Below are positions 15,001 through 28,902 of a DNA stretch of 64,000 nt, one piece after another. This DNA comes from Eledone cirrhosa (Eukaryota). A model generated the notes under the pieces. The model was given only the letters and a program-made list of their open reading frames with translations, did not search any database and was not told the origin of the DNA. Positions within the stretch are counted from its first letter, which is position 1, and the number at the start of each line of letters is the position of its first letter. The position numbers were made by a program, and so were the translations under genes. The DNA lies in assembly GCA_964016885.1 (NCBI GenBank), contig OZ024741.1, forward strand, positions 415,524,001 to 415,588,000. The letters are read 5' to 3'.

Positions 15001-18000
15001 CTTAACCCTTTAGTTACCAACCCAGTCAACACTAACCAGGACGATTACCTACAGTTCTCTTAACCCTTTAGTTACCAACCTGGTCAACACTGACCAGCAC
15101 TATTATCTACAGTTGTCTTAAGCCTTTAGTTAACAGTCTGGTCAACACTGACCAGCACTATTATCTACAGTTGTCTTAACCCTTTAGTTACCAGTCTAGT
15201 CAACACTGACCAGCACTATTATCTACAGTTGTCGTAACATTTTAGTTACCAACCTGGTCAACACTGACCAGGACTATTACCTACAGTTGTCTTAACCCTT
15301 TAGTTACCAACCTGGTCAACACTGACCAGAACTATTACCTACAGTTGTCTTACCCCTTTAGTTACCAACCTGGTCAACACTAACCAGGACTATTACCTAC
15401 AGTTGTCTTAACCCTTTAGTTACCAATCTGGTCAACACTAACCAGGACTATTACCTACAGTTGTCTTAACCCTTTAGTTACCAACCTGGTCAAAACTAAC
15501 CAGGACTATTATCTACAGTTGTCTTAACCCTTTAGTTACCAACCCAGTCAACACTAACCAGGACTATTACCGACAGTTGTCTTAACCCTTTAGTTACCAA
15601 CCCAGTCAACACTAACCAGGACTATTACCTACAGTTGTCTTAACGCTTTAGTTATCAACCTGGTCAACACTAACCAGAACAATTACCTACAGTTGTCTTA
15701 ACCCTTTAGTTATCAACCTGGTCAACACTGACCAGGACTATTACCTACAGTTGTCTTAACCCTTTAGTTACCAACCTGGTCAACACTAACCAGGGCTATT
15801 ACCTACATTTTTCTTAACCGTTTAGTTACCAACCTGGTCAACACTGACCAGGACTATTACCTACAGTTGTCTTAACCCTTTAGTTACCAACCTGGTCAAC
15901 ACTGACCAGGAATATTACCTGCAGTTGTCTTAACCCTTTAGTTACCAACCTGGTCAACACTGACCAGCACTATTATCTACAGTTGTCTTAAGCCTTTAGT
16001 TAACAGTCTGGTCACACTGACCAGCACTATTATCTACAGTTGTCTTAACACTTTAGTTACCAACCTGGTCAACACTTACCAGGACTATTACCTACAGTTG
16101 TCTTAACCCTTTAGTTACCAACCTGGTCAACAATAACCAGGACTATTACCTACAGTTGTCTTAACCCTTTAGTTACCAACCTGGTCAACACTGACCAGGA
16201 CTATTACCTACAGTTGTCTTAACCCTTTAGTTACTAACCTGGTCAACACTGACCAGGACTATTACCTACAGTTGTCTTAACCCTTTAGTTACCAACCTGG
16301 TCAACACTAACCAGGACTATTACCTACAGTTGTCTTAACCCTTTAGTTACCAGTCTGGTCAACACTAACCAGGACTATTACCTACAGTTGTCTTAACCCT
16401 TTAGTTACCAACCTGGTCAACACTTACCAGGACTATTACCTACAGTTCTCTTAACCCTTTAGTTACCAGTCTGGTCAACACTGACCAGCACTATTATCTA
16501 CAGTTGTCTTAACCCTTTGGTTACCAACCTGGTCAACACTGACCAGCACTATTATCTACAGTTGTCGTAACCCTTTAGTTACCAACCTGGTCAAAACTGA
16601 CCAGGACTATTACCTACAGTTGTCTTAACCCTTTAGTTACCAACCTGGTCAACACTGACCAGAACTATTACCTACAGTTGTCTTAACCCTTTAGTTACCA
16701 ACCTGGTCAACACTAACCAGGACTATTACCTACAGTTGTCTTAACCCTTTAGTTACCAATCTGGTCAACACTAACCAGGACTATTACCTACAGTTGTCTT
16801 AACCCTTTAGTTACCAACCTGGTCAAAACTAACCAGGACTATTACTTACAGTTGTCTTAACCCTTTAGTTACCAACCTGGTTAACACTGACCAGGACTAT
16901 TACCTACAGTTGTCCTAACCCTTTAGTTACAAACCTGGTCAACACTGACCAGGACTATTACCTAAAGTTGTCTTATTCCCTTTAGTTACCAGTCTGGTCA
17001 ACACTAACCAGGACTATTACCTACAGTTGTCTTAACCCTTTAGTTACCAGTCTGGTCAACACTAACCAGGACTATTACCTACAGTTGTCTTAACCCTTTA
17101 GTTACCAACCTGGTCAACACTTACCAGGACTATTACCTACAGTTCTCTTAACCCTTTAGTTACCAGTCTGGTCAACACTGACCAGCACTATTATCTACAG
17201 TTGTCTTAACCCTTTGGTTACCAACCTGGTCAACACTGACCAGCACTATTATCTACAGTTGTCGTAACCCTTTAGTTACCAACCTGGTCAAAACTGACCA
17301 GGACTATTACCTACAGTTGTCTTAACCCTTTAGTTACCAACCTGGTCAACACTGACCAGAACTATTACCTACAGTTGTCTTAACCCTTTAGTTACCAACC
17401 TGGTCAACACTAACCAGGACTATTACCTACAGTTGTCTTAACCCTTTAGTTACCAATCTGGTCAACACTAACCAGGACTATTACCTACAGTTGTCTTAAC
17501 CCTTTAGTTACCAACCTGGTCAAAACTAACCAGGACTATTACTTACAGTTGTCTTAACCCTTTAGTTACCAACCTGGTTAACACTGACCAGGACTATTAC
17601 CTACAGTTGTACTAACCCTTTAGTTACAAACCTGGTCAACACTGACCAGGACTATTACCTAAAGTTGTCTTATTCCCTTTAGTTACCAGTCTGGTCAACC
17701 CTGACCAGCACTATTATCTACAGTTGTCTTAACCCTTTAGTTACCAGTCTGGTCAACACTGACCAGGACTATTACCTACAGTTGTCGTAACACTTTAGTT
17801 ATCAACCTAGTCAACACTAACCAGGACTATTATCTACAGTTGTCGTAACACTTTAGTTACCAACCTGGTCAACACTTACCAGGACTATTACCTACAGTTG
17901 TCTTAACACTTTAGTTACCAACCTGGTCAACACTTACCAGGACTATTACCTACAGTTGTCTTAACCCTTTAGTTACCAACCTGGTCAACACGGACCAGGA

Positions 18001-21000
18001 CTATTACCTACAGTTGTCGTAACCCTTTAGTTACCAACCCAGTCAACACTAACCAGGACTATTACCTACAGTTGTGTTAACCCTTTAGTTACCAACCTAG
18101 TCAACACTAACCAGGACTATTAACTACAGTTGTCTTAACCCTTTAGTTACCAACCTGGTCAACATTAACCAGGACTATTACCTACAGTTGTCTTAACCCT
18201 TTAGTTACCAACCTGGTCAACACTGACCAGGACTATTACCTACAGTTGTCTTAACCCTTTAGTTACCAACCTGGTCAACACTAACCAGGAATATTATCTA
18301 CAGTTGTGTTAACCCTTTAGTTACCAACCTGGTCAACATTAACCAGGACTATTACCTACAGTTGTCTTAAACCTTTAGTTTCCAACCTGGTCAACACAGA
18401 CCAGGACTATTACCTACAGTTGTCTTAACCCTTTAGTTACCAACCCAGTCAACACTAACCAGGACGATTACCTACAGTTCTCTTAACCCTTTAGTTACCA
18501 ACCTGGTCAACACTGACCAGCACTATTATCTACAGTTGTCTTAAGCCTTTAGTTAACAGTCTGGTCAACACTGACCAGCACTATTATCTACAGTTGTCTT
18601 AACCCTTTAGTTACCAGTCTAGTCAACACTGACCAGCACTATTATCTACAGTTGTCGTAACATTTTAGTTACCAACCTGGTCAACACTTACCAGGACTAT
18701 TACTTACAGTTGTCTTAACCCTTTAGTTACCAACCTGGTCAACACTTACCACGACTATTACCTAGAGTTGTCTTAACCCTTTAGTTACCAACCTGGTCAA
18801 CACTAACCAGGACTATTACCTACAGTTGTCTTAACACTTTAGTTACCAACCTGGTCAACACTAACCAGGACTATTACCTACAGTTGTCTTAACCCTTTAG
18901 TTACCAACCTGGTCAACACTTACCAGGACTATAACCTACAGTTCTCTTAACCCTTTAGTTACCAGTCTGGTCAACACTGACCAGCACTATTATCTACAGT
19001 TGTCGTAACCCTTTAGTTACCAACCTGGTCAACACTGACCAGGACTATTACCTACAGTTGTCTTAACCCTTTAGTTACCAACCTGGTCAACACTGACCAG
19101 AACTATTACCTACAGTTGTCTTAACCCTTTAGTTACCAACCTGGTCAACACTAACCAGGACTATTACCTACAGTTGTCTTAAACCTTTAGTTTCCAACCT
19201 GGTCAACACAGACCAGGACTATTACCTACAGTTGTCTTAACCCTTTAGTTACCAACCCAGTCAACACTAACCAGGACGATTACCTACAGTTCTCTTAACC
19301 CTTTAGTTACCAACCTGGTCAACACTGACCAGCACTATTATCTACAGTTGTCTTAAGCCTTTAGTTAACAGTCTGGTCAACACTGACCAGCACTATTATC
19401 TACAGTTGTCTTAACCCTTTAGTTACCAGTCTAGTCAACACTGACCAGCACTATTATCTACAGTTGTCGTAACACTTTAGATACCAACCTGGTCAACACT
19501 TACCAGGACTATTACTTACAGTTGTCTTAACCCTTTAGTTACCAACCTGGTCAACACTTACCATGACTATTACCTAGAGTTGTCTTAACCCTTTAGTTAC
19601 CAACCTGGTCAACACTAACCTGGACTATTACCTACAGTTGTGTTAACCCTTTAGTTACCAACCTGGTCAACACTAACCAGGACTATTACCTAAAGTTGTC
19701 TTAACACTTTTGTTACCAACCTGGTCAACACTAACCAGGACTATTACCTACAGTTGTCTTAACCCTTTAGTTACCAACCTGGTCAACACTTACCAGGACT
19801 ATAACCTACAGTTCTCTTAACCCTTTAGTTACCAGTCTGGTCAACACTGACCAGCACTATTATCTACAGTTGTCTTAACCCTTTGGTTACCAACCTGGTC
19901 AACACTAACCAGGACTATTATCTACAGTTGTCGTAACACTTTAGTTACCAACCTGGTCAACACTTACCAGGACTATTACCTACAGTTGTCTTAACACTTT
20001 AGTTACCAACCTGGTCAACACTTACCAGGACTATTACCTACAGTTGTCTTAACACTTTAGTTACCAACCTGGTCAACACGGACCAGGACTATTACCTACA
20101 GTTGTCGTAACCCTTTAGTTACCAACCCAGTCAACACTAACCAGGACTATTACCTACAGTTGTGTTAACCCTTTAGTTACCAACCTAGTCAACACTAACC
20201 AGGACTATTAACTACAGTTGTCTTAACCCTTTAGTTACCAACCTGGTCAACATTGACCAGGACTATTACCTACAGTTGTCTTAACCCTTTAGTTACCAAC
20301 CTGGTCAACACTGACCAGGACTATTACCTACAGTTGTCTTAACCCTTTAGTTACCAACCTGGTCAACACTAACCAGGAATATTATCTACAGTTGTGTTAA
20401 CCCTTTAGTTACCAACCTGGTCAACACTAACCAGGACTATTACCTACAGTTGTCTTAAACCTTTAGTTTCCAACCTGGTCAACACAGACCAGGACTATTA
20501 CCTACAGTTGTCTTAACCCTTTAGTTACCAACCCAGTCAACACTAACCAGGACGATTACCTACAGTTCTCTTAACCCTTTAGTTACCAACCTGGTCAACA
20601 CTGACCAGCACTATTATCTACAGTTGTCTTAAGCCTTTAGTTAACAGTCTGGTCAACACTGACCAGCACTATTATCTACAGTTGTCTTAACCCTTTAGTT
20701 ACCAGTCTAGTCAACACTGACCAGCACTATTATCTACAGTTGTCGTAACATTTTAGTTACCAACCTGGTCAACACTTACCAGGACTATTACTTACAGTTG
20801 TCTTAACCCTTTAGTTACCAACCTGGTCAACACTTACCACGACTATTACCTAGAGTTGTCTTAACCCTTTATTTACCAACCTGGTCAACACTAACCAGGA
20901 CTATTACCTACAGTTGTCTTAACACTTTAGTTACCAACCTGGTCAACACTAACCAGGACTATTACCTACAGTTGTCTTAACCCTTTAGTTACCAACCTGG

Positions 21001-24000
21001 TCAACACTTACCAGGACTATAACCTACAGTTCTCTTAACCCTTTAGTTACCAGTCTGGTCAACACTGACCAGCACTATTATCTACAGTTGTCGTAACCCT
21101 TTAGTTACCAACCTGGTCAACACTGACCAGGACTATTACCTACAGTTGTCTTAACCCTTTAGTTACCAACCTGGTCAACACTGACCAGAACTATTACCTA
21201 CAGTTGTCTTAACCCTTTAGTTACCAACCTGGTCAACACTAACCAGGACTATTACCTACAGTTGTCTTAAACCTTTAGTTTCCAACCTGGTCAACACAGA
21301 CCAGGACTATTACCTACAGTTGTCTTAACCCTTTAGTTACCAACCCAGTCAACACTAACCAGGACGATTACCTACAGTTCTCTTAACCCTTTAGTTACCA
21401 ACCTGGTCAACACTGACCAGCACTATTATCTACAGTTGTCTTAAGCCTTTAGTTAACAGTCTGGTCAACACTGACCAGCACTATTATCTACAGTTGTCTT
21501 AACCCTTTAGTTACCAGTCTAGTCAACACTGACCAGCACTATTATCTACAGTTGTCGTAACACTTTAGTTACCAACCTGGTCAACACTTACCAGGACTAT
21601 TACTTACAGTTGTCTTAACCCTTTAGTTACCAACCTGGTCAACACTTACCATGACTATTACCTAGAGTTGTCTTAACCCTTTAGTTACCAACCTGGTCAA
21701 CACTAACCTGGACTATTACCTACAGTTGTGTTAACCCTTTAGTTACCAACCTGGTCAACACTAACCAGGACTATTACCTAAAGTTGTCTTAACACTTTTG
21801 TTACCAACCTGGTCAACACTAACCAGGACTATTACCTACAGTTGTCTTAACCCTTTAGTTACCAACCTGGTCAACACTTACCAGGACTATAACCTACAGT
21901 TCTCTTAACCCTTTAGTTACCAGTCTGGTCAACACTGACCAGCACTATTATCTACAGTTGTCTTAACCCTTTGGTTACCAACCTGGTCAACACTGACCAG
22001 GACTATTACCTACAGTTGTCGTAACACTTTAGTTATCAACCTAGTCAACACTTACCAGGACTATAACCTACAGTTCTCTTAACCCTTTAGTTACCAGTCT
22101 GGTCAACACTGACCAGGACTATTACCTACAGTTGTCTTAACCCTTTGGTTACCAACCTGGTCAACACTGACCAGGACTATTACCTACAGTTGTCGTAACA
22201 CTTTAGTTATCAACCTAGTCAACACTTACCAGGACTATAACCTACAGTTCTCTTAACCCTTTAGTTACCAGTCTGGTCAACACTGACCAGCACTATTATC
22301 TACAGTTGTCTTAACCCTTCGGTTACCAACCTGGTCAACACTAACCAGGACTATTATCTACAGTTGTCGTAACACTTTAGTTACCAACCTGGTCAACACT
22401 TACCAGGACTATTACCTACAGTTGTCTTAACACTTTAGTTACCAACCTGGTCAACACTTACCAGGACTATTACCTACAGTTGTCTTAACCCTTTAGTTAC
22501 CAACCTGGTCAACACGGACCAGGACTATTACCTACAGTTGTCGTAACCCTTTAGTTACCAACCCAGTCAACACTAACCAGGACTATTACCTACAGTTGTG
22601 TTAACCCTTTAGTTACCAACCTAGTCAACACTAACCAGGACTATTAACTACAGTTGTCTTAACCCTTTAGTTACCAACCTGGTCAACATTGACCAGGACT
22701 ATTACCTACAGTTGTCTTAACCCTTTATTTACCAACCTGGTCAACACTGACCAGGACTATTACCTACAGTTGTCTTAACCCTTTAGTTACCAACCTGGTC
22801 AACACTAACCAGGAATATTATCTACAGTTGTGTTAACCCTTTAGTTACCAACCTGGTCAACACTAACCAGGACTATTACCTACAGTTGTCTTAAACCTTT
22901 AGTTTCCAACCTGGTCAACACAGACCAGGACTATTACCTACAGTTGTCTTAACCCTTTAGTTACCAACCCAGTCAACACTAACCAGGACGATTACCTACA
23001 GTTCTCTTAACCCTTTAGTTACCAACCTGGTCAACACTGACCAGCACTATTATCTACAGTTGTCTTAAGCCTTTAGTTAACAGTCTGGTCAACACTGACC
23101 AGCACTATTATCTACAGTTGTCTTAACCCTTTAGTTACCAGTCTAGTCAACACTGACCAGCACTATTATCTACAGTTGTCGTAACATTTTAGTTACCAAC
23201 CTGGTCAACACTTACCAGGACTATTACTTACAGTTGTCTTAACCCTTTAGTTACCAACCTGGTCAACACTTACCACGACTATTACCTAGAGTTGTCTTAA
23301 CCCTTTAGTTACCAACCTGGTCAACACTAACCAGGACTATTACCTACAGTTGTCTTAACACTTTAGTTACCAACCTGGTCAACACTAACCAGGACTATTA
23401 CCTACAGTTGTCTTAACCCTTTAGTTACCAACCTGGTCAACACTTACCAGGACTATAACCTACAGTTCTCTTAACCCTTTAGTTACCAGTCTGGTCAACA
23501 CTGACCAGCACTATTATCTACAGTTGTCGTAACCCTTTAGTTACCAACCTGGTCAACACTGACCAGGACTATTACCTACAGTTGTCTTAACCCTTTAGTT
23601 ACCAACCTGGTCAACACTGACCAGAACTATTACCTACAGTTGTCTTAACCCTTTAGTTACCAACCTGGTCAACACTAACCAGGACTATTACCTACAGTTG
23701 TCTTAACCCTTTAGTTACCAATCTGGTCAACACTAACCAGGACTATTACCTACAGTTGTCTTAACCCTTTAGTTACCAACCTGGTCAAAACTAACCAGGA
23801 CTATTACCTACAGTTGTCTTAACCCTTTAGTTACCAACCCAGTCAACACTAACCAGGACTATTACCTACAGTTGTCTTAACCCTTTAGTTACCAACCTGG
23901 TCAACACTGACCAGGACTATTACCGACAGTTGTCTTAACCCTTTAGTTACCAACCCAGTCAACACTAACCAGGACTATTACCTACAGTTGTCTTAACGCT

Positions 24001-26976
24001 TTAGTTATCAACCTGGTCAACACTGACCAGAACAATTACCTACAGTTGTCTTAACCCTTTAGTTATCAACCTGGTCAACACTGACCAGGACTATTACCTA
24101 CAGTTGTCTTAACCCTTTAGTTACCAACCTGGTCAACACTAACCAGGGCTATTACCTACATTTTTCTTAACCGTTTAGTTACCAATCTGGTCAACACTGA
24201 CCAGCACTATTATCTACAGTTGTCTTAAGCCTTTAGTTAACAGTCTGGTCACACTGACCAGCACTATTATCTACAGTTGTCTTAACACTTTAGTTACCAA
24301 CCTGGTCAACACTTACCAGGACTATTACCTACAGTTGTCTTAACCCTTTAGTTACGAACCTGGTCAACAATAACCAGGACTATTACCTACAGTTGTCTTA
24401 ACCCTTTAGTTACCAACCTGGTCAACACTGACCAGGACTATTACCTACAGTTGTCTTAACCCTTTAGTTACTAACCTGGTCAACACTGACCAGGACTATT
24501 ACCTACAGTTGTCTTAACCCTTTAGTTACCAACCTGGTCAACACTAACCAGGACTATTACCTACAGTTGTCTTAACCCTTTAGTTACCAGTCTGGTCAAC
24601 ACTAACCAGGACTATTACCTACAGTTGTCTTAACCCTTTAGTTACCAACCTGGTCAACACTTACCAGGACTATTACCTACAGTTCTCTTAACCCTTTAGT
24701 TACCAGTCTGGTCAACACTGACCAGCACTATTATCTACAGTTGTCTTAACCCTTTGGTTACCAACCTGGTCAACACTGACCAGCACTATTATCTACAGTT
24801 GTCGTAACCCTTTAGTTACCAACCTGGTCAACACTAACCAGGACTATTACCTACAGTTGTCTTTACCCTTTAGTTACCAATCTGGTCAACACTAACCAGG
24901 ACTATTACCTACAGTTGTCTTAACCCTTTAGTTACCAACCTGGTCAAAACTAACCAGGACTATTACTTACAGTTGTCTTAACCCTTTAGTTACCAACCTG
25001 GTTAACACTGACCAGGACTATTACCTACAGTTGTCCTAACCCTTTAGTTACAAACCTGGTCAACACTGACCAGGACTATTACCTAAAGTTGTCTTATTCC
25101 CTTTAGTTACCAGTCTGGTCATCCCTGACCAGCACTATTATCTACAGTTGTCTTAACCCTTTAGTTACCAGTCTGGTCAACACTGACCAGCACTATTATC
25201 TACAGTTGTCTTGACCCTTTAGTTACCAGTCTGGTCAACACTGACCAGGACTATTACCTACAGTTGTCGTAACACTTTAGTTATCAACCTAGTCAACACT
25301 AACCAGGACTATTATCTACAGTTGTCGTAACACTTTAGTTACCAACCTGGTCAACACTTACCAGGACTATTACCTACAGTTGTCTTAACACTTTAGTTAC
25401 CAACCTGGTCAACACTTACCAGGACTATTACCTACAGTTGTCTTAACCCTTTAGTTACCAACCTGGTCAACACGGACCAGGACTATTACCTACAGTTGTC
25501 GTAACCCTTTAGTTACCAACCCAGTCAAAACTAACCAGGACTATTACCTACAGTTGTCTTAACCCTTTAGTTACCAACCTAGTGAACACTAACCAGGACT
25601 ATTATCTACATTTTTCTTAACCGTTTAGTTACCAAACTGGTCAACACTGACCAGGACTATTACCTACAGTTGTCTTAACCCTTTAGTTACCAACCTGGTC
25701 AACACTGACCAGGACTATTACCTACAGTTGTCTTAAACCTTTAGTTTCCAATCTGGTCAACACTGACCAGGAATATTACCTGCAGTTGTCTTAACCCTTT
25801 AGTTACCAACCTGGTCAACACTGACCAGGACTATTGCCTAAAGTTGTCTTAACCCTTTAGTTAAGTTACCAACCTGGTCAATACTGACCAGAACTATTAC
25901 CTACAGTTGTCTTAACCCTTTAGTTACCAACCTGGTCAACACTGACCAGGACTATTACCTACAGTTGTCTTGACTCTTTAGTTTCCAACCTGGTCAACAC
26001 TGACCAGGACTATTACCTACAGTTGTCTTAACCCTTTAGTTACCAGTCTGGTCAAACCTGACCAGCACTATTATCTACAGTTGTCTTAACCCTTTAGTTA
26101 CCAGTCTGGTCAACACTGACCAGCACTATTATCTACAGTTGTCTTGACCCTTTAGTTACCAGTCTGGTCAACACTGACCAGGACTATTACCTACAGTTGT
26201 CGTAACACTTTAGTTATCAACCTAGTCAACACTAACCAGGACTATTATCTACAGTTGTAACACTTTAGTTTCCAACCTGGTCAACACTTACCAGGACTAT
26301 TGCCTACAGTTGTCTTAACACTTTAGTTACCAGCCTGGTCAACACTTACCAGGACTATTACCTACAGTTGTCTTAACCCTTTAGTTACCAACCTGGTCAA
26401 CACTGACCAGGACTATTACCTACAGTTCTCTTAACCCTTTAGTTACCAACCTGGTCAACACTGACCAGGACTATTACCTACAGTTGTCTTAACCCTTTAG
26501 TTACCAGTCTGGTCAACACTGACCATCACTATTATCTACAGTTGTCTTAACCCTTTAGTTACCAACCTGGTCAACACTGACCAGCACTATTATCTACAGT
26601 TGTCGTAATCCTTTAGTTACCAACCTGGTCAACACTAACCAGGACTATTACCTACAGTTCTCTTAACCCTTTAGTTACCAGTCTGGTCAACACTGACCAT
26701 CACTATTATCTACAGTTGTCTTAACCCTTTAGTTACCAACCTGGTCAACACTGACCAGCACTATTATCTACAGTTGTCGTAATCCTTTAGTTACCAACTT
26801 GGTCAACACTAACCAGGACTATTACCTACAGTTGTCTTAACCCTTTAGTTACCAACCTGGTCAACACTAACCAGGACTATTACCTACAGTTGTGTTAACC
26901 CTTTAGTTACCAACCTGGTCAACACTGACCTGGACTATTACCTACAGTTGTCTTAACCCTTTAGTTTCCAACCTGG
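1..26976. repeat. 58-bp satellite array (about 465 monomers, runs off the window start) with higher-order structure
   Basis: Monomer GGTCAACACTGACCAGGACTATTACCTACAGTTGTCTTAACCCTTTAGTTACCAACCT recurs at 1, 59 ... 291 (period 58). The array ends at ...TTTCCAACCTGG 26976. Confidence 0.98.
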
Positions 26977-27181
26977 CCCAAACCAGCTCTGGTTTTATGA
27001 AATAAAGTCACCCATTTTAAAGGTTTCCAATTTAAATTCAAATATTCCAACATAATTTTATATCAGAGTTTTACATTAAGTTACTATCTTAGTATTTAAA
27101 TAATTAATAATTTTAGTAAATCCCTCAAAATTCTTCATTAATTAATTGAAACAATTGAAAATATGGTAATGAAAGGGTTAA
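26953..27181. mobile_element. piggyBac-like MITE whose left end is the last satellite monomer
   Basis: Starts TTAA|CCCTTTAGTTTCCA at 26953 and ends TGGTAATGAAAGGG|TTAA at 27164-27181 (reverse complement TTAACCCTTTCATTACCA). TTAA target and CCCT/AGGG termini are piggyBac hallmarks. Confidence 0.8.
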
Positions 27182-27199
27182 TGGATGCTTGAATACAAG

Positions 27200-27560
27200 T
27201 GGCTAAACTGGAGTTCCTCCGAAGGGGCTTTGGAGTAACGTTACTTGATAGAATGTGTAGCTCAGAGATGAGAAAGTCACTCCAGATAGAGCTGATACTT
27301 ATCCCAATTGAGAGATCACAGCTCTGATACTAAGGACATGTGGTTAGAATGTCTCAAGAAAGAATCGCTGGACAGGTTTTACTGGCAAAACCAAACGACA
27401 GGGGACCCAGGGGTAGACCCAGAGCAAGATGGTTGGATAACATTCTTGAGCTTGGCTGGTCTCCCTTGGGGATCCAGCCAGATCAGTTGGAGATGGCTGC
27501 TTAAGACAGGACCCACTGGAAGCGTTTGAGGGCTCTATCCCAATGACCCTCTCAGGAATA
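27200..27560 (+). mobile_element. Old, degenerate RTE-clade LINE 3' coding fragment
   Basis: Interrupted frame reads ...IERSQL*Y*GHVVRMSQERIAGQVLL...RGRPRARWLDNI, like the LRWxGHVxRM...RGRP..W C-terminus of RTE ORFs. Confidence 0.65.
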
Positions 27561-27707
27561 AGTGGGCACCAGTACGACCACTTTACAGGATGGACTGGGT
27601 GCTTTTAGTCATGGCACCAGTACAACCACCATTAATACTTTATTAAATTTCACAACTATAATTATTTTGTGATATTGTAAAAGTGGTTCTATCTTCTATA
27701 TTGGTAG

Positions 27708-27780
27708 GAAGTCCAAGTATGTCATCCTCTTCTCCAAGCCAGTTCATTCAAAGAACTTTTCAAGAAACCAGCCAGAAAAG
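27708..27780 (+). CDS. REC8: Rec8/Rad21 kleisin internal exon A (73 bp, phase 0 to 1): EVQVCHPLLQASSFKELFKKPARK
   Basis: Acceptor ttggtAG and donor GTAAGA. Joined to exon B it gives ELFKKPARKELNHRLLFPLWSRNL, resembling the STAG/SA-binding segment of kleisins (human REC8 ELFRTP...LLGLWTHC, RAD21 [23 protein letters not shown], recalled from memory). Confidence 0.78.
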
Positions 27781-27927
27781 GTAAGACTATATTTACATTC
27801 GATTTCTATTATGTACTCTCAGTCACTTCACACCAGGATAAGCACCAGCCTAACAAACCTTCTGTCTTAAGACAGACTTTAGATCTTAAATTATCATTGT
27901 AGTGATTCTGTGTTTGGATTTAAACAT

Positions 27928-28536
27928 TCATCATCATCATCATCATTTTACGTCCACTTTTCCCTGCTTGCAAGAGTGGGATGGGTCCTATTCAGCACAG
28001 CATCTCTCCATTCATCACAGTCCTTTGTCATCTCCTCCGTGAGCTTCAGCGATCTGAGGTCTGCTCTCACCAGCCCCGCCCATATTTTTTGTGGTTTTCC
28101 TCTACTGCGTCTTCCTTCTACTGGCATTTCTTGGCACTTCTTTATCCAGCGGTCATCCTCCATGCGCATCACATGTCCATACCATCTCAGTCTTCTCTCC
28201 CCCACACTACAACTTATCCCTCTTATACCCAGTTTCTCTCTCAACTCATCTATGCTTGGTCATTCATGTACATTGACATTACACATCCAATGGAGCATGC
28301 TTGCTTCATTTCTCTCCAGCCATCGCATATCCTCCACAGTTGCTGCCCATGTCTCATTACCATGCAGCATCACACATCTCACACAGGCATCATATAACTG
28401 GCCTTTTGTACGCAGGGAGAAACTCTTCTTTGTCAACAGAGGAAGCAGCTCCCTAAACTTCTTCCAACCCATCCTTATTCTAGATACTATGGCCTCGGCA
28501 CACCCCCTCCCATGCTAATCTGATCACCAAGGTACA
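27928..28536 (-). mobile_element. RTE LINE 3' fragment with (ATG)n tail
   Basis: GWKKFRELLPLL..., MLHGNETWA, RLRWYGHVMRM in broken frames, with (CAT)n at 27928. Confidence 0.9.
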
Positions 28537-28630
28537 AATATCAAATCGTCCAAAGACCTGAATAAATCCTAAGATGTGTCTACTTCCAGCTCGAGCCTTT
28601 AACTTCCATATTTATTTTAATTATTTTCAG

Positions 28631-28747
28631 AATTAAATCACAGGCTTTTGTTTCCTCTTTGGTCCAGAAACTTGAATCAGGTCCAAGATTTTAGTGAAAC
28701 AGAATCAGACAGGAAAAGACCAATTTTCACTGTACCAGAATTAACAT
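28631..28747 (+). CDS. REC8: Kleisin exon B (117 bp, phase 1 to 1): ELNHRLLFPLWSRNLNQVQDFSETESDRKRPIFTVPELT
   Basis: Acceptor ttttcAG, donor GTAAGT, open in the phase required by exons A and C. Confidence 0.8.
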
Positions 28748-28902
28748 GTAAGTTATAGAGTTGGTCACTCCATTGTTTTCCAGTTTACAATATTCTTATT
28801 AAAGCTTTTATCATATTCCTGACAAAATTTCAACTCTGCTTCCATTCATGTCTTTTAATTTAGCTTAAAAATAATCAAGAATTTGGAAAAGTATAATGTA
28901 TA

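Noticed and set aside
1-26976. CRISPR array or telomere (TAACCC in each monomer)
   Set aside because: No unique spacers, no cas genes, and eukaryotic context. TAACCC occurs once per monomer as part of the TTAA+TIR.
27708-28694. Alternative frame for exons A-B (SPSMSSSS...KLESGPRF*)
   Set aside because: It stops inside exon B, whereas the chosen frame continues through five more phase-compatible exons into the kleisin domain.
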